From an uncultured Candidatus Rokubacteria bacterium (lineage in GTDB: Bacteria > Methylomirabilota > Methylomirabilia > Rokubacteriales > CSP1-6), in NCBI GenBank assembly GCA_963762145.1, contig CAVXJS010000011.1, positions 480,001 to 544,000 on the forward strand: DNA of 64,000 nucleotides, read 5' to 3'. The notes under the pieces were generated by a model, which was not told where the DNA came from, did no database searches, and saw only the letters and a program-made list of their open reading frames with translations. Of this stretch, positions 35,282 to 44,907 are shown in pieces. The position numbers and the translations under genes were made by a program. Each line of letters starts with the position of its first letter. Positions within the stretch are counted from its first letter, which is position 1.

Positions 35282-36249
35282 CCGACCTCGTCCGCCGGAT
35301 GCTCGACGGCGACCGCCTGGCGCTGGCGCGCCTGATCACCCGGGTCGAGAATCGGCTGCCCGACGTGCCGGAGATCATGCGCGCCGTCCACGCCGCGCAC
35401 CGGGCGCGCCTACGTGCTCGGCAGTCACGGGACCGCCCGGTGCCGGGCAAGTCGACCCTGGTCGACCGGCTGATGCGCCTGCCTGCGCGCCGAGCAGCTC
35501 CCGGTCGGCGTGATCGCGGTGGATCCCTCGAGCCCGTTCACGGGCGGCGCGGTGCTCGGCGACCGCATCCGCATGCAGGCCCACACGCTCGACCCGGGCG
35601 TGTTCATCCGCAGCATGGCGACGCGCGGCAGCCTGGGCGGGCTGGCCCGCGCCACCGGCGACGTGATCAAGCTGATGGACGCCTTCGGCTTCCCGTGGAT
35701 CATCATCGAGACCGTCGGGGTCGGGCAGACCGAGCTCGACATCATCCGCCAGGCCGACACCACGGTGGTCGCGCTGGTGCCGGAGTCGGGCGACTCGATC
35801 CAGGCCATGAAGGCGGGGCTGATGGAGGTCGCCGACATCTTCGTGGTCAACAAGGCCGATCGCGACGGCGCCCACGCCCTGATGGCCGACATGCGCTTCA
35901 GCGTGCACCTGCACTACACGAGCGGGGCCGGCGCCAAGGACGTGGACTGGGAGGTGCCGGTGCTGGCCGCCCAGGCCGCCAACGACGTGGGCATCGACGC
36001 CCTGCTCGCCGACGTGCGGAAGCACCGCGCCGCCCTCGAGCAGGCCGGCGCGCTCGAGAAGCGGCGCCAGGCGCGCCGCCGCGCGGAGCTGGAAGCGCTG
36101 CTGGTCGAGGAGTTCACCGCGCAGGTCACGGCGCGCGTGCAGACCGATCCCGGCTCGCGCGCACGCTCGCCGCGGTGTCCACCGGCGCGCTCGATCCCTA
36201 CTCGCGCGGTGGCCGCAGATCCTGTCGCCAGACCCTCACGCGGCCTTGA
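35278..36249 (+). CDS. meaB: MeaB/ArgK family GTPase; frameshifts near both ends
   Basis: AVDPSSPFTGGAVLGDRIRM, FIRSMATRG, ETVGVGQ and VVNKAD motifs. Confidence 0.9.
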   Translation: MTDLVRRMLDGDRLALARLITRVENRLPDVPEIMRAVHAAHRARLRARQSRDRPVPGKSTLVDRLMRLPARRAAPGRRDRGGSLEPVHGRRGARRPHPHAGPHARPGRVHPQHGDARQPGRAGPRHRRRDQADGRLRLPVDHHRDRRGRADRARHHPPGRHHGGRAGAGVGRLDPGHEGGADGGRRHLRGQQGRSRRRPRPDGRHALQRAPALHERGRRQGRGLGGAGAGRPGRQRRGHRRPARRRAEAPRRPRAGRRAREAAPGAPPRGAGSAAGRGVHRAGHGARADRSRLARTLAAVSTGALDPYSRGGRRSCRQTLTRP

Positions 36250-36310
36250 CACCGCCTTCGAGCCGACTCACGCGTATCAGCCCGATCGTCGCCCTGAACG
36301 GAGGAGCCTG

Positions 36311-38340
36311 ATGTTGCCTTCGCAACACTGGTACGGGATCGTTCCCGGCTGGCTGATCTTCTACGCGATGATCGCGGTGGCGCGGCGCGCTGTTCGCGCG
36401 GCGGGCCTGGTCTTCCTCGTGCGCCTCCTGCTCAAGGGCAAGCCGATGCCGCGCTGGGACCACGTGCCCGACGCGCGTCGGCCGCGTGCTCGTCTACGTG
36501 TTCGCCCAGGCCCGGCTCATCGCCGGCGACTTCTGGCCGGGGCTCATGCACGCGACCATCTTCTGGGGCTTCATGGTCCTCACCCTCGGCACCATCGAGT
36601 TCTTCGGCCGCGGGCGTCACGGAGTCGTTCTTCCTGCCGCTCCTGTCCGACACGGCGCGCTACCTGGTCCTCCAGGACCTCTTCAGCGTCGCTCGTGATC
36701 GCGGCGGTCGGGCTACGCGCGTCTTCCGGCGGCTCGTCACGCGGCCGCGCGCCTCACCCTGTCGCACCGAGGGCCTGGTCATCCTGCTGCCTGATCTTCG
36801 GCCTCATGGTGACGGACCTGCGTGGCCGACGCCGGGCCGCATCGTGCTCGCCCCGGCGCCGCACGACCACTGGCCGTTCGCGGGCAGCGCCATCGCCGGC
36901 CGCTCGCCGGGCTCTCCCGCGGGCGCGGTCACGGTGGTCTTCCACGCGGCGTGGTGGCTGCACGCCGCGGCCTGCTCCTGGGCTTCCTGGTGCTGGCTGC
37001 CGTACTCGAAGCATCTGCACGTCCTGGCCGCGCCGCTCAACGTGTTCTTCGCCCCGCTCGAGCCGAAGGGGCAGTTCCGCACGCATGGACCTCGAGAACG
37101 CCGAGACCTTCGGGGTCGGGCGCGCTCACCGACCTCACCTGGAAGGATCTCTTCGACACCTACAACTGCACCGAGTGCGGCCGCTGCACCTCGCGCTGCC
37201 CGGCCAACATGAGCGGCAAGGAGCTCGACCCGAAGCTGCTGATCCTGCACCTGCAGGAGCGCCTGCTCGAGGAGGCTCCGGCGCTCGCTGGCGCCAGCCG
37301 GGCGCCAACGGGCGCCGGCGCACGCCGAGGCGCTGGTGCGGCGACGTCATCCACGACAACGTGCTCTGGGCCTGCACCACGTGCCGCTGGTGCGTGGACG
37401 CCTGCCCGGTCTTCATCGAGCACGTGCCGAAGATCGTCGGACATGCGGCGCTGGCTGGTGCTCACCGAGTCGCGCTTCCCCGCCGAGCTGCAGCCGGCGT
37501 TCCGCAACCTCGAGACCAACGGCAACCCGTGGCAGATGTCCTGGCAGACGCGCGCGGACTGGGCCGCGGACCTCGGGCGTGCGCACGATGACGCGACGTC
37601 CAGCGAGGCCGAGTACCTCTACTGGGTCGGCTGCTACGGCTCCTTCGACGAGCGCAACAAGAAGGTGGCGCGCGCGCTTCGTCAAGCTCCTCCAGGCGGC
37701 GGGCGTGGACTTCGCGATCCTCGGCAACGAGGAGAAGTGCACCGGCGAGCCGGCGCGGCGGCTGGGCCACGAGTACCTCTACCAGACGCTGGCCCAGGGC
37801 AACGTCGAGACGCTCAAGCAGTACAAGTTCCAGAACATCGTCACCGCGTGCCCGCACTGCTTCAACACGATCAAGAACGAGTACCCGGACTTCGACGGCC
37901 ACTTCCGGGTGATCCACCACACCCAGCTCCTCGACGACCTCGTCGCGCTCGGGGCGGCTCCAGCCGCGCGCGAGAGCGACGGCGAGCGCATCACCTACCA
38001 CGACGCGTGCAACCTCGGCCGCTACAACGACATCTACGACGAGCCGCGGCGCGTGCTCGCCTCGTCGACGCGCGGCCGAGCTGGTCGAGATGGAGCTGTC
38101 ACCGCTCGACGCGGCTTCTGCTGCGGCGGCGGCGGCGGGCGCGCGTGGATGGAGGAGCACGAGGGCCGGCGCGTGAACCAGCTGCGGGTGGAGCAGGCGA
38201 TGGAGGTGAAGCCCGACATCCTGGCCTCCGCCTGCCCGTTCTGCCTGACCATGTTCGAGGACGGGGTGAAGGCGAAGGAGGTCGGCGACAAGATCAAGAC
38301 CCGCGACATCGCCGAGCTGCTCGCCGAACGCCTGGAGTAG
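36311..38340 (+). CDS. FadF / heterodisulfide-reductase-like membrane Fe-S oxidoreductase; heavily frameshifted
   Basis: TM N-terminus with SKHLH; CTECGRCTSRCP and CTTCRWCVDACP ferredoxin motifs; CCG domains (TACPHC, HDACNLGR, CCGGGGG, ACPFC). Confidence 0.88.
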
Positions 38341-38356
38341 CCCGGAGCCGGCGGCC

Positions 38357-38762
38357 GTGAAGGAACTGCTCTTCGCCCTGCCGCGGCTCGGCCGCATGCT
38401 GATCTCGCTGGCCGGCGACCGCGACGTCCCGACCGCGGCGAAGGTGGTGCTCGCCGCGCTGGCCGTCTACCTGGTGAGCCCGATCGACCTGATCCCGGAC
38501 TTCATCCCGTTGCTGGGCTATGCTCGACGACCTGCTGCTGGCCGCGGTGGTGGTGGACGGCGTGCTGAACTTCGTCGACCGGCCGATGCTGCTGCGCTAC
38601 TGGCCGGGCTCGGCCGACTCACTCGAGCGCATCGCCGTCGTCGCGCGCCGCCTGGCCCGCTGGGTTCCCAACCGCATCAAGGCGCGCATCTTCGGCGGGG
38701 CGCAGAAATCCCTCTCCCCACCAGGGAGTGGGCCGGGTGAGGGGGCGAGCGAGTCCCGATGA
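38357..38762 (+). CDS. YkvA/DUF1232 family membrane protein; frameshift near 38521
   Basis: YLVSPIDLIPDFIP.LGY.DD motif. Confidence 0.9.
38710..38744. repeat. Second REP-like palindromic element
   Basis: CCCTCTCCC-cacca-GGGAGTGGG-ccGGGTGAGGGG; reverse-orientation relative of 32200-32235. Confidence 0.65.
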
Positions 38763-38796
38763 TCCCCGGCCGCCCGGGCGATTGACGGGAGCGCCC

Positions 38797-40276
38797 ATGG
38801 GGGCACGATCGGGCGAGCAGTTCCTGCAAGGGCTGCGCAGCACCAAGCGTCAGCTATGGCTCGAAGGGGAGCGCGTGGACGACGTGACCACGCATCCGGC
38901 GCTCGCGGGCGCGGCGCAGACGCTGGCCGGGGTGTTCGATCGGGTCCGCGCGTTCTCCGACGAGTGCCTGGTCCCGGACCCGGAGACGGGCGAGCCGCTC
39001 AACGTCGGGCACATGATCCCGCGCTCGGTCTCGGATCTGAAGCGTCGGAACCGGGGCCTCGCGCGCATCGCGGAGGCCACCGTCGGCCTCATGGGGCGCA
39101 CCCCCGACTACATGAACGTGAAGTTCGCGAGCTTCGCGGGGCGCTGGAAGGACTGGCTGGGCGCGGACGGCCGGAACGAGGAAGGGGCCCACAACCTCGT
39201 CGCGTTCCAGAAGCGGCTCGCGCGCGAGGACGTCTCGCTCACCCACACGATCATCCACCCGACCATCGACAAGGCGACGGATTCCCAGATCGTGGGGAAT
39301 CCGGTGCCCGTGCACAAGGTCGGGGAGTCCCGGGCGGGGGTCGTGGTGCGCGGCGCCCGCATCCTGGCGACCCTCGCGCCGTTCGCCGACGAGATCGCGG
39401 TCTACCCGGCGCACCCGCTGCCGCCGGGGGCCGAGGCCTACGCGCTGGCCTTCTCGATCCCGGTGGACACGCCCGGGGCTGCTCTTCCTGTGTCGCGACA
39501 GCGCGGCCGCACCCGGCGCGGACGTGTTCGATCGGCCGCTGGCGAGCCGCTTCGACGAGCAGGACGCCTTCGTGATCTTCGACGACGTCGAGATCCCGCG
39601 CGAGCGACTGTTCCTCGACGGGCCGCATCGACCTCTACAACACCGTGACCACGACCGGCCTGCGCGACAACATGACGAACCAGACCACGCATCCGCGCGC
39701 TCACCAAGCTCGAGTTCGCCTACGGCCTCGCCTGCCGCATGGCCGAGGCGATCGGCGACGCGAGCCCGACGACGCAGGAGATGCTGGGCGAGCTGCTCGA
39801 CTACGTCGAGGTGACCCGCAGCGCGGTCCTCCTCTCGGCCGAGCACGGGCGGGACGTGGGCGAGGGGGTGTGGTTTCCCGACGGCCGGCCCCTCGCCCCC
39901 ATGCGGTCGCTCCTGGCGACGTGGTTCCCGCGGGTGAACGAGATCATCATGCTCATCGGCAGCCACAATCTCCTGGCCGCGCCGAGCCGGCGGCTGTTCG
40001 ACGACGCGGATGCTCCGCCCGCTGATCGACGAGTTCCTGCACGGCGCGAAGGACGTCGGCGCCGAGGAGCGGGCCGCCCTGTTCCGCCTCGCGTGGGATT
40101 TCGTCGGGTCGACCCTCGCGGGCCGGAACGTGCTCTACGAGCGGTTCTACCTCACCTCGGCGGCACGCAACCGCATCACCCACCACCTGCGAAACGCGGA
40201 CCGGACCCGCGCCTACGGGCTGGTCGACGGCATCCTGGCGGCCGGACGCCGGGCGGGGAGGCTCGGCGGGGCGTAG
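38797..40276 (+). CDS. 4-hydroxyphenylacetate 3-hydroxylase (HpaB) family flavin-dependent monooxygenase; frameshifted
   Basis: [51 protein letters not shown] and LYERFY motifs. Confidence 0.9.
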
Positions 40277-40476
40277 GAGCACCCGGCCGCTGCGCCGGGT
40301 AGGCAGCCGCGCGCTTATGGCGTGCCCTCGGATCTTGTGCTACGTTCCCTGGCCCGTGAACAGTCTCGAGGAGGCCCGCATCATGGACGCCGAGCATCGT
40401 CGCCTGGAAGAGAGCCGCAGCAAGGCCGCCGCGAACACGGACGTGGCGCCGGCGCGTCCCACCCGCAGGCGCTGAC

Positions 40477-41934
40477 ATGCTCTATCAGATCAACACGCGC
40501 GTCTGGCTGACGGAGCTGTCACGGACGCTGGCGCGGCCGGCCACCCTCGATGATCTGTCGGAGGCCGAGCTGGACCGCATCGCCGGGATGGGGTTCGACT
40601 GGATCTGGTTCCTGAGCGTGTGGCGCACCGGGCCGGCCGGGCAGCGGGTGTCACGCGCTCTTCCCGAGTGGCGGCGGGAGTTCGAGGAGACGCTGCCGGA
40701 CCTGCGCGACGATGACATCGCCGGATCCGGGTTCGCGATCACCGGCTACACCGTGCATCCGGACCTCGGCGGTGACGCGGCCCTGGCGCGCCTGCGCGAG
40801 CGCCTCCGGAAGCGCGGCCTCCGGCTGATGCTCGACTTCGTCCCGAACCACACCGGCCTGGATCACCCGTGGGTGGAGGACCACCCCCAGTACTACATTG
40901 CGGGGACCGACGTCGATCTGGCGCGGGCGCCCCAGAACTACACGTGGGTGAAGCGGCGACGGGGCGACCTCCTGCTCGCCCATGGTCGGGACCCGTACTT
41001 CGCGGGCTGGCCGGACACGCTGCAGCTCGACTACAGCAATCCGGCCACCCAGGAGGCGATGATCGGCGAGCTGCTCAAGATCGCCGGCCAGTGTGACGGG
41101 GTGCGCTGCGACATGGCAATGCTCGTCCTGCCGGACGTTTTCGAGCGGACCTGGGGGCAGCGGGCCCCGCTGTTCTGGCCGGAGGCCACGCGGCGGGTGC
41201 GGGAGCGGGTGCCGGGGTTCCGCTTCATGGCCGAGGTCTACTGGGACCTCGAGTGGGCGATGCTCGAGCAGGGGTTCGACTACGCCTACGACAAGCGGCT
41301 GTACGACCGCCTGCGCGAGGGGCACGCGCGGCCGGTGCGAGAGCACCTGCTGGCCGGGCTCGACTTCCAGAACAAGCTCGCCCGGTTCCTGGAGAACCAC
41401 GACGAGCCCCGGGCGGCGGCGACCTTCGCGCCAGCCATGCACGAGGCCGCCGCCGTCATCACGTTCCTGTCGCCGGGCCTGCGGTTCTTCCATGAGGGGC
41501 AGCTCGAGGGCCGCCGGAAGCGCATCTCGCCCCACCTGGTCCGCGCGCCCCTGGAGCCGGTCGACGCCGCGCTGCGCCAGTTCTACGACGGCCTCCTGGC
41601 GGTGCTCCGGCAACCGGTCGTTCGCGACGGCCAGTGGCGCCTGCTCGACTGCGCGCCGGCGTGGGAGGGCAACTGGACGTCGGACGGCTTCATCGTCTGG
41701 TCCTGGCAGGCCCAGAACGGCCAGCAACGGCTGGTCGCCGTGAACTACGCGCCCAACCAGGGCCAGTGCTACGTGCGGCTGCCGTTTGCCGAGCTGAGCG
41801 GCCGGACGGTGCAGCTCAACGATCTGACGGGGCCCGCCAGCTACGATCGCGATGGCGGCGATCTGGCGTCGCGGGGCCTCTATCTAGACCTGCCGCCCTG
41901 GGGGTACCACGTCTTCGAGATGACCGCCGCGTGA
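40477..41934 (+). CDS. GH13 alpha-amylase family glycoside hydrolase
   Basis: LMLDFVPNH, DGVRCDMA, MAEVYW and FLENHDE conserved regions. Confidence 0.93.
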   Translation: MLYQINTRVWLTELSRTLARPATLDDLSEAELDRIAGMGFDWIWFLSVWRTGPAGQRVSRALPEWRREFEETLPDLRDDDIAGSGFAITGYTVHPDLGGDAALARLRERLRKRGLRLMLDFVPNHTGLDHPWVEDHPQYYIAGTDVDLARAPQNYTWVKRRRGDLLLAHGRDPYFAGWPDTLQLDYSNPATQEAMIGELLKIAGQCDGVRCDMAMLVLPDVFERTWGQRAPLFWPEATRRVRERVPGFRFMAEVYWDLEWAMLEQGFDYAYDKRLYDRLREGHARPVREHLLAGLDFQNKLARFLENHDEPRAAATFAPAMHEAAAVITFLSPGLRFFHEGQLEGRRKRISPHLVRAPLEPVDAALRQFYDGLLAVLRQPVVRDGQWRLLDCAPAWEGNWTSDGFIVWSWQAQNGQQRLVAVNYAPNQGQCYVRLPFAELSGRTVQLNDLTGPASYDRDGGDLASRGLYLDLPPWGYHVFEMTAA

Positions 41935-41968
41935 CGAAGCGGTGATGCAGCCCGGGTGGCGGCCCCGC

Positions 41969-42391
41969 CTAGACCGCCGCCTGTGCGAGCAGGCCGGCGA
42001 ACGCGGAGAGCAGCTCGCGGTCCCGCGGATACGTGAGCAGTTTGGTGGCGGCCCGGAGGCCGAGCCAGCGGATGGCGCCGACCTCGTTGCGCGGCTCCGC
42101 CTCGCCCCGGACCACCGTCATGGTCCAGTAGCGGACGACCTTCGCCCGGCCCTTGCGGTCGTGGTAGGAGGTGGACGGCAGCTCGAGGTCGAGCTGACAG
42201 CGGAGCCCGGTCTCCTCCTCCACCTCGCGGAGGGCGCACTCCCTGTGGGTCTCGCCCGGCTCGAGCTTGCCCTTCGGGAAGGACCAGTCTCGCCGCTGGG
42301 CACGATAGATGAGCAGCACCTCGGCCTCGCCGCGCTCGTTCCGCCGCGAGATCACGCCGCCCGCCGCCCGGACCACGCCGTTGAACGCCAT
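41969..42391 (-). CDS. NUDIX hydrolase
   Basis: Nudix box GKLEPGETHRECALREVEEETG; N-terminal VRAAGGV. Confidence 0.93.
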   Translation of the reverse strand: MAFNGVVRAAGGVISRRNERGEAEVLLIYRAQRRDWSFPKGKLEPGETHRECALREVEEETGLRCQLDLELPSTSYHDRKGRAKVVRYWTMTVVRGEAEPRNEVGAIRWLGLRAATKLLTYPRDRELLSAFAGLLAQAAV

Positions 42392-42506
42392 TCGTTGAGG
42401 CCTCCCTTTTTGAGTTTGCGTCAGGGCCTCGGAAAATGTCCAAGAAATTTCTGGGCGGACGCACGATTTGACGCTCCCGTAACCGTCGTGCAACAAACGC
42501 GGGAGG

Positions 42507-43013
42507 CTACGAGGCGGAAACGGCAGGCCGGTACTGCTCTACCGCGGGCGGTGGGAACGCGCCGGCGCGGCGCTCGCGATCGATGGCCGCTACCGTCTCC
42601 GTCACCTCTCGCTGCCAGGCGGACGGGATGGTGCCGGCCTCCACCTCGCGTCGATACTCGTCCCGGTCCAGCCACACGGCCCCGCCGTCAGCCCGGATCA
42701 GCAGGTCGAGCTTCAGGTCGACGAAGGAGAGCATCCCCTCGTACTCCTCCGGGGGCGCGCAAAGGTCGACATGGTGCCCGACCAGGCTCCCGAGCCCGTC
42801 GTGCACCGTGGTGATCGTGTACCAGCGGCCCGGGAAGAAGAACAGGGACCAGGTGAAGCCCGGACCCGCCAGGACCACGCCGCCCTTCGTCTTGGGGCGG
42901 CCCGCGGGACCGATGGCCACCACGGCCTGAGGGAGCGCCGCCACCTCGTATCGGAGGAGCCGCGGGTCCAGATCGGGCGCGTGCCGGAGATCGGCGAACT
43001 TCCGGTTCAGCAC
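42507..43013 (-). CDS. DUF402 domain protein (Ntdp/FomD-like phosphatase)
   Basis: 'WYTI', 'VDLCAP', 'FVDLKLDLLI..DG...WLDRDEY'; GTG overlaps upstream TAG. Confidence 0.8.
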   Translation of the reverse strand: MLNRKFADLRHAPDLDPRLLRYEVAALPQAVVAIGPAGRPKTKGGVVLAGPGFTWSLFFFPGRWYTITTVHDGLGSLVGHHVDLCAPPEEYEGMLSFVDLKLDLLIRADGGAVWLDRDEYRREVEAGTIPSAWQREVTETVAAIDRERRAGAFPPPAVEQYRPAVSAS

Positions 43014-44587
43014 TACAGTTTCGCAACCGCCCGGGAGAGGGCGGTCCGAAGCCGCTGGCCGGCCACGCGCTTCCACGGCCGCTTCAACGTGCGCTGCAAG
43101 GTGCGCAGCTCCGCCTGCTTGAGCTTGAGGTACCGGCCCACGGAGTCGGCCACCGCGGGTTCCGTCGAGACGTCCGAGCTGCGCATCAGGAAATCACGGA
43201 GCAGGCCGATCGTCACGTCGGCATCATGCAGCTCCCCGATGTGGTCCTGGAGATCGACGAGCGCCTCGAGGACGTCCGAGAGACCCGGCCCCAGCGGCTC
43301 GGCGAAGAATTCGAGCAGATACCGCAGGCGCTTGTCCTCGATCCGCAACGAGTGAATCGTCTCGATGGGCGCCCACTCCATGACCGTTTCATAGGCCCGC
43401 AACCGGGCGTAGTGGTCCCAGATCTCCGTGGGCAGGACGTGACGGACCAGGCGGGGCCGGGGCAAGTCATCCGAGGTGTCCTTCACTCCGGCGCCCTTCG
43501 ATGAGAGGAATTCGGCGAAACGCTGCGTGAAATCACGATAGGCTTCGTCATCGAGATGGCTCAGCAGCTTATGCCGTGCTTCGTCTCGCCGTGCGCGCCA
43601 TTCGTCGAGGAGGGGATCGAGCGCGGCGGCCTCGCCTTTCCGCGACGCGCCATAGGCCTCGGCCGCTTCGATCACGACGTCGAGGTCGCGCACCTCGCCC
43701 AGGTGGCCGGCCAGAGCTCGCAACTCGTCGCGGAAGGCTCCAACCGCCTTACGCTTGAAGTAGGGCAAGGCGATGCGGAAGGCGGCTCGCTGGCGGCGGG
43801 TCGCGACGCGCATGCGGTGGAGGGCTTCGGCGTCCTCGCCCTTGCGGGTGCCGGCCTCGTTGGCCAGCATGCGCTCGAAGTGAAAACGCAGGATCGTCCG
43901 TCCGGCCTCGGCCATCGACTCGTCGGCACGGACATCCGGCGCCCGCTTCTTCTTGGGCGTCGGCGCTCCGGACGTGTCGTCCAACAGGGCGAGCGCCCGT
44001 TCGAACTTGGAAGTCGATTGAGCTTTCAGGCCATACGGCCGAAGCGCCGCGGCGATGGCGTGAAGATCGTCTACCCGGCCCGAGGCTCCCAGCTCGATTT
44101 CGATCTCGCGGGCGAGCGATCTGCGTCCGGCTATGTTGGCTTCGACGGTATCGAGCGAGAGCTCGCCCACGACCCGATCCCCGCGTTCCACCGCGCGGCT
44201 GATCCGGAGCTGGCGGAGGGAGAACAGCTCGCCGAGAGGCCGACCTTCGCTCAGGCGGGTGACGGTGTCGTGAGCCGGACTCGCCGGCCAGTCCGCCGGG
44301 GTCGACTTCGGGGGCACTTCGCCTTCGTGCTCTTCACGCTGATGCACGGCGCCGTCCGCCCCGCCCAATCCCTTCACGGTCAGCAGCCAATGACGACCCG
44401 CTTCGCCCTCACGCAGCCGGCAGGCGTAGCCGCCGCGCAGGAGGTCGCGGTGCGCCGTGTCGAGGTAGTGATCGAGCACCTGCCGCTCTCCCATGGGGCG
44501 GAGGGCGTAGTCGCCCAGTGCTCGGAGCTCGAGCAGGGTGTCGAACTGGGCGGGCTCGGATACGGCATATTTGGCTTCGATTTCCAT
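43013..44587 (-). CDS. CYTH + CHAD domain protein
   Basis: N-terminal EIEAK (EXEXK), D.YLDT, EIEIEL, SKFERAL; CHAD motifs HRMRVATRR.R, LGEVRDLDV, HSLRI..KRLRY, LQDHIGELHD; TATAAT at 44612-44607. Confidence 0.93.
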   Translation of the reverse strand: MEIEAKYAVSEPAQFDTLLELRALGDYALRPMGERQVLDHYLDTAHRDLLRGGYACRLREGEAGRHWLLTVKGLGGADGAVHQREEHEGEVPPKSTPADWPASPAHDTVTRLSEGRPLGELFSLRQLRISRAVERGDRVVGELSLDTVEANIAGRRSLAREIEIELGASGRVDDLHAIAAALRPYGLKAQSTSKFERALALLDDTSGAPTPKKKRAPDVRADESMAEAGRTILRFHFERMLANEAGTRKGEDAEALHRMRVATRRQRAAFRIALPYFKRKAVGAFRDELRALAGHLGEVRDLDVVIEAAEAYGASRKGEAAALDPLLDEWRARRDEARHKLLSHLDDEAYRDFTQRFAEFLSSKGAGVKDTSDDLPRPRLVRHVLPTEIWDHYARLRAYETVMEWAPIETIHSLRIEDKRLRYLLEFFAEPLGPGLSDVLEALVDLQDHIGELHDADVTIGLLRDFLMRSSDVSTEPAVADSVGRYLKLKQAELRTLQRTLKRPWKRVAGQRLRTALSRAVAKL

Positions 44588-44708
44588 CGGGGCTGGCCTC
44601 GCGGTGATTATAGTCGTAAACGCGGGGAGACGGGCCCTCGGCCGAGGGTTTCTTCCGTCAGCACGAGCTCCACTATCGTGGCCGACGAGCCGACCGGAAG
44701 CTCAGCGG

Positions 44709-44726
44709 CTAGGCCTAAGGTCCTAT
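44709..44726. promoter_or_regulatory. Palindromic regulator box, copy 1 (CTAGGCCTAAGGTCCTAT)
   Basis: Matches a motif found six times in intergenic gaps. Confidence 0.6.
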
Positions 44727-44907
44727 ATACTGCCAGCCGGTCGCCGGCTTGAAATGCGTCCCACGGCTCGCGAGCGGGAGCGTCCGTCAGACGCGGTCTT
44801 CTCGATCTGGCAGGGGGTTCGAAGCCGTGCTCGGCTGACGGTTCGGCTGCGTGGCGGAGAAGTGCTCAGCCGTAGTGCCCGGAGGCGCTGCAAGCGAGAG
44901 GCAGTGT

